IMG/VR virus record: IMGVR_UViG_3300032288_005130
Length of the DNA: 64,000 nucleotides
Direction: 5' to 3' (one strand)
Source of the DNA: an uncultured virus (IMG/VR IMGVR_UViG_3300032288_005130)
Taxonomy: Duplodnaviria; Heunggongvirae; Uroviricota; Caudoviricetes
Part shown: positions 57,677 to 64,000 of the stretch, in pieces
Numbering within the stretch: the stretch's first letter is position 1
How the letters are laid out: each line of letters starts with the position of its first letter
Translations under genes and position numbers: made by a program
Notes under the pieces: model-generated
Told to the model about the DNA's origin: nothing
The model's input: the letters and a program-made list of their open reading frames with translations, nothing else
Databases searched by the model: none

Positions 57677-58131
57677 AACATCTAAAATCATATAAAATAT
57701 TTGAATCTATTGATATTCTTAATGATATCAGAGATATTCTAAAAGAATTAGAAGATATAGGTTATTCTACTTATGTTCAATGGACACCACTGACAATTGC
57801 TGGATATCCAAGGAAAAAAGAAATAATGATTCAGATAAATAAAATGAAGAAGAAGTCATTTATAGTGAGTGAAGAAGATTTAGAAACAATAATATTAACA
57901 TTTGAACATTTAGATAGTTTTTTAAGTGATTCAAAATTTAAAATAAAAAGCTTCTTCTTTGATAATTCTTCATATAATCTTCTTACTAATTCAATCACTG
58001 AAGGTAAATCATTTAGAGAAATATTTACAAATTTTTATAAAGAATACAAAGATTCTCACAGCTATTTTATACTTCCAGAAAGTTTAGGTGATATAGGAGA
58101 TTACATACAATTAATATTAGTAGAAAAATGA
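57673..58131 (+). CDS. N-leader protein, DILxELxDxG family
   Basis: MKHLKSYKIFES; IRDILKELEDIGY. Confidence 0.8.
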   Translation: MKHLKSYKIFESIDILNDIRDILKELEDIGYSTYVQWTPLTIAGYPRKKEIMIQINKMKKKSFIVSEEDLETIILTFEHLDSFLSDSKFKIKSFFFDNSSYNLLTNSITEGKSFREIFTNFYKEYKDSHSYFILPESLGDIGDYIQLILVEK

Positions 58132-58583
58132 GATACTTAAAAACATATAAAATATTTGAATCTATCGAAGATGGCTTAGATAAAGAAGACACTAAAAATG
58201 TATTTGAGTCATATATCAATTGGAATATGATACATAATTTGAAAGATATAGCACTAGAGTATTTAGATAATGGTTTGACCCTAATTGTTAGAATTAGATA
58301 TAATGACGAGGCATATCATAAAGAAAAATACACAAATATTATTTATACCATATGTTTTAAGCATGAATGTGATGTTTCTACATTTTCTACTCCATCATTC
58401 AATATTTATAACTTAGAACCTATTGATAAGAGTCGTATTCAATATCACATTTTTATTGTTAATAAAGATGTTGATACTATGAAAAAAGAAACTTCTGAAG
58501 TTATTGAAATTTTAGGTGACATGTACCCTGAAATTAAAAATAATCTATTTCCAGTAATAAAACCAGAAACATTGAAGAAATGA
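58128..58583 (+). CDS. N-leader protein, divergent DILxELxDxG family
   Basis: MRYLKTYKIFES; LKDIALEYLDNGL. Confidence 0.8.
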   Translation: MRYLKTYKIFESIEDGLDKEDTKNVFESYINWNMIHNLKDIALEYLDNGLTLIVRIRYNDEAYHKEKYTNIIYTICFKHECDVSTFSTPSFNIYNLEPIDKSRIQYHIFIVNKDVDTMKKETSEVIEILGDMYPEIKNNLFPVIKPETLKK

Positions 58584-59353
58584 AACATATAAAACCATAT
58601 AAAATATTTGAATCAAACGACTTACTTTTAGATGTTGAAGATATTCTTTTAGAACTAAAAGATGAAGGATATAGAGTAGATGTAAGCATGACACCTCAAG
58701 GTGTTGATGCCTTTTATATAGAAGTATCAAATGATAATCTATTTCAATGGTCGGATGTTGAAGAATGTGTTACAAGATCAAAAGATTACACTTGTTCAAA
58801 CGGTTGGAAATTAGTAAAAATTAATCTCGGTTTCTATGGACCAGTTGTTAGAATTAAAGAGTTTATGACCTTTTCTGGTTCAAATTGGAATTACTTTATA
58901 CACTATATAACTCATCCAGAATTCATTAAGAATAATAAGATATATGAGATATCTTTAGTATTTGAATCAAATAAACATGTTATGAAGTTACCAAACTGGG
59001 CTAAAACATTTGAATCAAATGACAATTTCCTACTAGATTGTCAAGATATTCTTTTAGAACTAAAAGATAACGGATTTGATGTCCAATTTAGATTCTATCC
59101 TAATTATAATAATCCTGAGGCTGAACTACTAGCCGAAATAAACATCTCTAAAAGAGATGAATCTAATATGAATAAACCATATAACTTCGAAGAAATAAGC
59201 GAATCAATCTTTAGATTAAATGACTTTCTTAAATTAAATAACAAAAAAGCAACTATATATGAAAGTCCTCAATATAACGATCTAGATTATATAGTAAAAA
59301 CTTGGGGTAAATACTATAGACTAAAAAGATTAACTATCTACTTAGAGCAATAA
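58580..59353 (+). CDS. N-leader protein with two tandem DILxELxDxG domains
   Basis: MKHIKPYKIFES...DILLELKDEGY, then internal KTFES...DILLELKDNGF. Confidence 0.8.
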   Translation: MKHIKPYKIFESNDLLLDVEDILLELKDEGYRVDVSMTPQGVDAFYIEVSNDNLFQWSDVEECVTRSKDYTCSNGWKLVKINLGFYGPVVRIKEFMTFSGSNWNYFIHYITHPEFIKNNKIYEISLVFESNKHVMKLPNWAKTFESNDNFLLDCQDILLELKDNGFDVQFRFYPNYNNPEAELLAEINISKRDESNMNKPYNFEEISESIFRLNDFLKLNNKKATIYESPQYNDLDYIVKTWGKYYRLKRLTIYLEQ

Positions 59354-59731
59354 CTTTTCCAACTTCATATCTCTCAACTCTTCCTTAATAGGAAGGACAT
59401 TGAGAGCATGTCTATTATCAAATACATAACCCTCAGTCCGACCAGGATAACTAACAAAAATCTCATCATCACTCTTAATTCTAACCATATAATGACCCAT
59501 ATCACGAACATGTTCAATTATAGTCCAAATATCATCACCATAGGTATGAACATCATTTTCTGGGTAATTAGATCTAATATTAACCTTATGAACCTTCATA
59601 CCAATAGGATACCACTTCTTCAATAATTCCAATTGAAAATCAATAGGAGTATAATTAAACCTCTTTTTCTCCAACATAGTGTGATTAAAGTAATCCCACT
59701 TTTTTAAATATTTCTTACCAAAAGTACTCAT
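59342..59731 (-). CDS. C-tag protein (RDMKLEKLLL)
   Basis: Tag. Confidence 0.8.
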   Translation of the reverse strand: MSTFGKKYLKKWDYFNHTMLEKKRFNYTPIDFQLELLKKWYPIGMKVHKVNIRSNYPENDVHTYGDDIWTIIEHVRDMGHYMVRIKSDDEIFVSYPGRTEGYVFDNRHALNVLPIKEELRDMKLEKLLL

Positions 59732-59967
59732 TCTAATATCTTACCTAAATTATGATCTCTCATAACAACTTTTAATTCATCCAATATTAACTTAACATGT
59801 GAACCATTGCCACCTGAATAACCATTATAGTATTCAGGAACATTTATATCCCAGGTTTTAATAATATTCCATATCGCTTCAAACTGAGGAGAAGCCATTT
59901 CTTCAGGAGTTGGATTAGGCATCTCCTTTTTTAGGACATTCCAACCTAATCTACTAATTTTCGCCAT
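59728..59967 (-). CDS. C-tag protein (RDHNLGKILE)
   Basis: Tag variant. Confidence 0.8.
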   Translation of the reverse strand: MAKISRLGWNVLKKEMPNPTPEEMASPQFEAIWNIIKTWDINVPEYYNGYSGGNGSHVKLILDELKVVMRDHNLGKILE

Positions 59968-60187
59968 CTTCTAATATCTCATTTAATTGTTTTTCACGCC
60001 ATTCTTCCAATGTAACAAATCTACCGACTGAATAATCTCTAATAACACCATCATCACAAGTAATGGTATATTGGGCAGCGGGACCACCTGAAGTTTCATA
60101 AACTTTACCAATAGTAAGACCTAGTTTAATTGGGTCTATTAAATCACCTGATCTTTTTAAATTATTATCTATACAAACTATCTTCAT
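59954..60187 (-). CDS. C-tag protein, MKIVC/LTIGKVY family (REKQLNEIL)
   Basis: Tag. Confidence 0.8.
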   Translation of the reverse strand: MKIVCIDNNLKRSGDLIDPIKLGLTIGKVYETSGGPAAQYTITCDDGVIRDYSVGRFVTLEEWREKQLNEILEDGEN

Positions 60188-60495
60188 TATATTCCTAATT
60201 CTTTTAATTTTTTATCTCTTAGTTCTTGTTTTGTTAGTTGAAATTCTGACCAACCAGAATCATATCTTTTTAAATCATAACCTAAATTTTTATAATAAGT
60301 CATAGAATGAACAGGAATAAAATGAATATTATTGAGTTGTTTATAATAACACCTCGAACATATTCTAACATTCCTGAGTAATGTATTTTCAACACCATTT
60401 GGTGTCGATTTAGTTACACTACCAGAAATTATATAAGTAACATCCTCTACAGAATATTCCCACTTATGTCCAAATACCTTACACTTAAAACTCAT
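60187..60495 (-). CDS. C-tag protein, C-x-x-FGHKW...C-x-RC (DUF1660-like) family
   Basis: MSFKCKVFGHKW; RDKKLKELGI. Confidence 0.8.
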   Translation of the reverse strand: MSFKCKVFGHKWEYSVEDVTYIISGSVTKSTPNGVENTLLRNVRICSRCYYKQLNNIHFIPVHSMTYYKNLGYDLKRYDSGWSEFQLTKQELRDKKLKELGI

Positions 60496-60731
60496 ATTCC
60501 TAATTCCGCTAATTTCTTATTCCTTAACTCTTCTTGTGTGATAAAGAACTCAGAATCAAACTTTCTTAATTTACCATCATTACAAATAACAATATATGAT
60601 GGTGGTACAGGTAGATAAGTATTTGGATCATACATAGTAGGAGTTAAATCTCCTTCATACCAATTATTTAATGTTAGACATTCATCATTCTGCCAATAAT
60701 ACGGCATTGGTTTAATTAATAAAATTTTCAT
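60492..60731 (-). CDS. C-tag protein, LT-x-x-x-WY family (RNKKLAELGI)
   Basis: Tag. Confidence 0.8.
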   Translation of the reverse strand: MKILLIKPMPYYWQNDECLTLNNWYEGDLTPTMYDPNTYLPVPPSYIVICNDGKLRKFDSEFFITQEELRNKKLAELGI

Positions 60732-60991
60732 ATTCCTAATTCCGATAATTTCTTATCTCTTAACTCTTCTGTACTTAAAACATATTCACACCAGTCAGTT
60801 TTTTCTCTACCAGTATAATGGTCTCTTATCTGTTTATAATAACACCTACTACAAATTCTAAAATCTTTTTTATACATCACAGTAAATCCTGGTATAGACA
60901 TATGACTATTACTAGTGGCAGGTATCATATATGAAATATCTTCCTTATAAACATTCCACTTATGTCCAAATATCTTACACTTAAAACTCAT
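60728..60991 (-). CDS. C-tag protein, DUF1660-like family
   Basis: MSFKCKIFGHKW; RDKKLSELGI. Confidence 0.8.
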   Translation of the reverse strand: MSFKCKIFGHKWNVYKEDISYMIPATSNSHMSIPGFTVMYKKDFRICSRCYYKQIRDHYTGREKTDWCEYVLSTEELRDKKLSELGI

Positions 60992-61212
60992 ATTCCTAAA
61001 CTTATTAACTTTTCTTCTCTTACCGAAGATAAGGATTTAAAACATTGCTTTGGGTATTTAGTTAAATCATTATTATCATTAATTATTTGATATTCAGGTA
61101 GACTCAGATAAACATCCTCTCCTAATACCTCATACCATTTACCTATAGTTATAAACCCATAACTATGATTACTCATAGTTGGATCATTAACACTTATACA
61201 AATAATTTTCAT
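60988..61212 (-). CDS. C-tag protein, MKIIC/ITIGKWY family (REEKLISLGI)
   Basis: Tag. Confidence 0.8.
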   Translation of the reverse strand: MKIICISVNDPTMSNHSYGFITIGKWYEVLGEDVYLSLPEYQIINDNNDLTKYPKQCFKSLSSVREEKLISLGI

Positions 61213-61217
61213 TTCAA

Positions 61218-61442
61218 TTATATACCCAATTCCTCTAATTTAATATCTCTCCAATCTTCTAATGTGTAAAAACTAGAATCCTGATGCCAACATTCAGTAC
61301 CAAAATCATCTATTATTTGATATTCTATAGCAGGTTTTGTATCACCACCAGTTGACTCAACAAACCAAGCATTCCTAGTATTAATAACACTATATAACTT
61401 ACCTTGTGTTAAAAATAAAGCACCTTTACCAACCACTATCAT
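61218..61442 (-). CDS. C-tag protein, LTQGKLY family (RDIKLEELGI)
   Basis: Tag. Confidence 0.8.
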   Translation of the reverse strand: MIVVGKGALFLTQGKLYSVINTRNAWFVESTGGDTKPAIEYQIIDDFGTECWHQDSSFYTLEDWRDIKLEELGI

Positions 61443-61672
61443 ATACCCAATTGCTTTAACTTCCTATCCCTTAACTCTTCCTTTGATAACTTATCCCAAT
61501 CTGCCCAGCCATTACCATTATTATATCTTTGTTTCTTATGACAATTTTGACATATTCTAACATGTGTATTTATAGTAATTTTTGTACCAATACTACTTAT
61601 CCAATGGATATCTTCCTTACTCCAATCCCAATCATGTTGATTAAATAAACATTTAAAACTTGACCAATTCAT
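61439..61672 (-). CDS. C-tag protein, DUF1660-like family (RDRKLKQLGI)
   Basis: FKCLFNQHDW...CQNC; tag. Confidence 0.8.
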   Translation of the reverse strand: MNWSSFKCLFNQHDWDWSKEDIHWISSIGTKITINTHVRICQNCHKKQRYNNGNGWADWDKLSKEELRDRKLKQLGI

Positions 61673-62010
61673 ATACCTAACACCTTATTAATTTTCTTTT
61701 CCCTCCATAACGCCTTATCTATTACAACATCTTTCTTTATATCATTTACCCAATCCTCAAAACTAATAGAAAAAGATAAACTATAGAAATTTCTATACTT
61801 AACACTACTCCAATTAGAATATAAAGCTTCTTTTTGTTTTAATGTAACACAATCCCACCAATCTTTACCTACAATAAGGCAAATAGCTTCTGAAAATTTC
61901 TTTAATTCTCTTTCTCTTTCTCTTCTCCGCTTACGCTCAGAATCTGGTTGATCTAACTTATCAATCTGCTTATTCCAAGAATTAATTGTTCTTCTATCTT
62001 TATACTTCAT
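61669..62010 (-). CDS. C-tag protein (REKKINKVLGI)
   Basis: Tag. Confidence 0.8.
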   Translation of the reverse strand: MKYKDRRTINSWNKQIDKLDQPDSERKRRRERERELKKFSEAICLIVGKDWWDCVTLKQKEALYSNWSSVKYRNFYSLSFSISFEDWVNDIKKDVVIDKALWREKKINKVLGI

Positions 62011-62012
62011 AA

Positions 62013-62543
62013 CTAACTCAATAAGGATTTCAACGCAGCATCCCTTATCTCTGCCTTTAATCCACCAAGTGGAACATTTATATTAATACCTTCACCTTTA
62101 ATAATCATTTTTACCGTCTTTTTGGTATACTTACCAAAAATAGTTGCTTTATATAAATTACACTGAAAACCAGCAGTAATTAGATTAGTAGCAACTGATG
62201 AACTATCAGTAACAATCACAACATACTTATCACCATCTATATCGGATTTTAATTTACCACCACCATTTTTATACTCTCTTAGTAAGGTATTAATATTAGA
62301 AGTACTTCTAGATGTAATTGAATATTCACCTGAATCAAAACATGATTTTAATTCTTCTAACACATCCCAAGTAGAATATTCACCACATTTGACTACATTG
62401 ATAACCCCTTTTCTAAATCCAAGTGGATTAGTTTGCTGTGTGCTAAGATAAAGTTCTTTGGCTAAATTTGATATAAGTAACCAATCAGGACTTTCTTTAA
62501 GTAATTCAGTTGATATTATTTCTTTGCTCATATTCATTCCCAT
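62013..62543 (-). CDS. protein with tag variant (IRDAALKSLLS)
   Basis: ORF track. Confidence 0.75.
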   Translation of the reverse strand: MGMNMSKEIISTELLKESPDWLLISNLAKELYLSTQQTNPLGFRKGVINVVKCGEYSTWDVLEELKSCFDSGEYSITSRSTSNINTLLREYKNGGGKLKSDIDGDKYVVIVTDSSSVATNLITAGFQCNLYKATIFGKYTKKTVKMIIKGEGININVPLGGLKAEIRDAALKSLLS

Positions 62544-62749
62544 ATTTGTTCAATTTTTCTTGCTCTTTCCTCATCAATTGGATAAAACTTATCTTTAGTG
62601 TACCAAAAGTTTTGACCATTATCATTAATTATCCTATACCCAACATTGTCAATCTCAGTAACCCTATATGACTTATCTGGAGTTATACTCTTTGACATAA
62701 TAGATATGTTATCCAAGATATCATAATTTTTTTTACACCTAACTATCAT
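62534..62749 (-). CDS. MIVRC/ITPDKSY family protein with tag variant (ERARKIEQI)
   Basis: Family motif. Confidence 0.75.
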   Translation of the reverse strand: MIVRCKKNYDILDNISIMSKSITPDKSYRVTEIDNVGYRIINDNGQNFWYTKDKFYPIDEERARKIEQIWE

Positions 62750-63027
62750 ATTCCTAATTCTTTTAATTTCTTTTGCCTAACTAGTATCAAATATTCTGAC
62801 CAATCAATTACAACCGTAGCAGCTTTAATACTATTACTCTGATCACCAAACATAGTTAAATTATTCTTATACCTAACATCCCACATATCATAATAAACTA
62901 AAATATTGCCATCATCAGTATTAACACCTTTAATCTTAATATCATATACAATATCATCAAAAATATCATTTTGCTTAAACAAAACAATATCCCTAATCAA
63001 TTCCCAATCTAACTCTTTTAGATCCAT
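62746..63027 (-). CDS. C-tag protein (RQKKLKELGI); start corrected to MDLKEL
   Basis: TATATTTG 5 nt upstream. Confidence 0.8.
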   Translation of the reverse strand: MDLKELDWELIRDIVLFKQNDIFDDIVYDIKIKGVNTDDGNILVYYDMWDVRYKNNLTMFGDQSNSIKAATVVIDWSEYLILVRQKKLKELGI

Positions 63028-63032
63028 GTTTA

Positions 63033-63054
63033 CAAATATACAAAATAATATATA
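63033..63054. promoter_or_regulatory. back-to-back promoter module (TATATTTG minus 63033-63040; TAATATATA plus 63046-63054)
   Basis: Most compact copy; 5 and 4 nt from the start codons. Confidence 0.7.
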
Positions 63055-63058
63055 CATT

Positions 63059-63946
63059 ATGAAATATTTAAAACAATTTCAAATATTTGAAAGTAAATCC
63101 GATCTAATAGATACCTATCTATCAAAGTTAGGCACAACTAAACAAGATGTAATAGATATCTTCCAAGGAATTATTGACTTAGGATATGAACCTAAATTCA
63201 CTTTACAATATATTGATAAAGATGGTAGAAAAAGAGATGAGAAATCAACCTCACAAGAAACACCAATAGTAATTATCGACTTTGTATCAAATCATGAAAA
63301 GTATATCGGTGGATCAATCAAATTTAATAACCTAGATTATATAGAAAACCTTTATCATAACTTATCTATGTTTATGTCTATGTTTAAAGATAAATGCCAT
63401 ATTACATATGAATTAGATAATATGATTGAACTTAAACTTAAACTACAGTTTGAAACAGAATACGATCAATCTAAATTAAATATTTCTATAACTGATTTAC
63501 AATCAGCTTTAGAATCCAGTATGTCTTTGGTACCTAATGAATATTTAAGTGAAATAGTGGATGAATTATTATTAGTAATTAAACCACAATCTTCATTAGT
63601 AGGTAAAAGATTATTCAATGAAATAATCAAAACAAAAGAAGATAGAATTAGTAATAAAGATGAATTATATGAAATTTCAAAAAATATCAATCAATCAATC
63701 GCTAAAAAATTATCAGATAAATTTAAAAAAGATATTAGATATGAAGTAGTTAAGGGAAGTTACTTTGATAAAAAAGGAACAGGACTTTATTTATTTGAAG
63801 GTAATGAAAAAGAAATGATTTGTAGAATACAAAACCTTTTCAACGAACATAAAAAATACGATGGTAACATTAAAACAGGATTCTTGAAAACAAAAGAAGT
63901 AAGTGTAGATTTAGAATACTTAGAAATTAAATTATCAATGACATAA
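63059..63946 (+). CDS. N-leader protein (MKYLKQFQIFES); start corrected to 63059
   Basis: Leader with late motif upstream; VIDIFQGIIDLGY. Confidence 0.8.
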   Translation: MKYLKQFQIFESKSDLIDTYLSKLGTTKQDVIDIFQGIIDLGYEPKFTLQYIDKDGRKRDEKSTSQETPIVIIDFVSNHEKYIGGSIKFNNLDYIENLYHNLSMFMSMFKDKCHITYELDNMIELKLKLQFETEYDQSKLNISITDLQSALESSMSLVPNEYLSEIVDELLLVIKPQSSLVGKRLFNEIIKTKEDRISNKDELYEISKNINQSIAKKLSDKFKKDIRYEVVKGSYFDKKGTGLYLFEGNEKEMICRIQNLFNEHKKYDGNIKTGFLKTKEVSVDLEYLEIKLSMT

Positions 63947-64000
63947 TGAAATACTTAGAAAAATTTAAATCATTTGAGAAAATGAAATATTTAAAGTCAT
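63946..64000 (+). CDS. partial N-leader protein with a doubled leader (MKYLEKFKSFEK-MKYLKS...)
   Basis: Translated by hand; truncated by the window end. Confidence 0.7.
   Translation, partial: MKYLEKFKSFEKMKYLKS

Noticed and set aside
35662..59353. Diversity-generating retroelement as the source of the paralog diversity
   Set aside because: No reverse transcriptase and no template/variable repeat pair differing only at adenines was seen.
24304..62749. Recurrent ttcatattcctaattc sequence considered as a CRISPR repeat array
   Set aside because: Spacing is about 190-500 bp, the intervening DNA is protein-coding, the copies are degenerate and no cas genes are present.
24304..62749. Classical integron with attC sites
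   Set aside because: The junctions have no palindromic attC structure or intergenic space and no tyrosine integrase is in the window; only the cassette-like analogy is kept.
62906..63058. N-terminal extensions of ORFs 62906-63946 and 62746-63057 (also 24836, 41014 and 53824 starts)
   Set aside because: The extensions run across promoter modules or upstream tags; internal Met codons fit the conserved spacing and motifs.
3075..63690. Shadow ORFs (e.g. 3075-3377, 3242-3424, 4155-4385, 5664-5885, 6757-7110, 9312-9533, 12277-12612, 14391-14633, 16109-16300, 19834-20052, 23402-23626, 29130-29330, 31023-31307, 32894-33076, 34273-34539, 35439-35630, 36302-36502, 40143-40482, 42184-42390, 50771-51004, 53858-54082, 56656-56853, 58545-58730, 59408-59626, 63466-63690)
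   Set aside because: They overlap better-supported genes on the opposite strand or frame, and most have the Phe/Ile/Leu/Ser-rich composition typical of antisense frames in AT-rich DNA.
1..64000. Stop-codon reassignment as in some large phages
   Set aside because: Standard-code ORFs tile the window densely, recognisable enzymes are full length, and TAA, TGA and TAG all end genes.
1..64000. tRNA, rRNA or structured ncRNA genes
   Set aside because: Intergenic gaps are short and AT-rich and I saw no cloverleaf or T-loop signature; a covariance-model scan would be needed to exclude them fully.

Overview
This is a very AT-rich, gene-dense segment with the hallmarks of a large (jumbo/'huge') tailed phage genome. 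The host is probably a Bacteroidota species, inferred from repeated TAnnTTTG -7 promoter elements and Bacteroidota-like HU, RnpA and histone-H1-like genes. Recognisable genes include guanylate kinase, a Dam-type methylase, HU, RnpA, ClpP, patatin, an M50 protease, a retropepsin, two nucleotidyltransferases, a HAD phosphatase, two FAD oxidoreductases, a J-domain protein, an AAA ATPase, HNH-like and GIY-YIG endonucleases and a 1712-aa probable virion protein. The most striking feature is an apparent two-address peptide-tag system. (1) More than 50 small, mostly unrelated proteins, almost all in minus-strand translationally coupled arrays behind host-type TATATTTG promoters, end in a shared helix R-[DE]-x-K-L-x-x-L-G-I. 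(2) More than 20 proteins behind a different motif (TAATATATA, a putative late promoter) begin with a leader MK[HY]LKx[YF]x(I/L)FES that resembles the T4 capsid-targeting sequence and prohead-protease site. The two promoter types repeatedly sit back to back, usually 4-5 nt from the start codons. The tag-encoding DNA also appears as exact direct repeats around inserted segments (25 bp at 50737/51342; 20 bp at 53143/53337), which suggests cassette-like gene traffic. A roughly 3.8-kb mosaic island (29.1-32.9 kb) containing a folD remnant, pseudogenes and duplications appears to split a secreted-protein gene. I saw no tRNA, rRNA, CRISPR array or integrase. All functional calls come from recognising motifs by eye, not from database searches.
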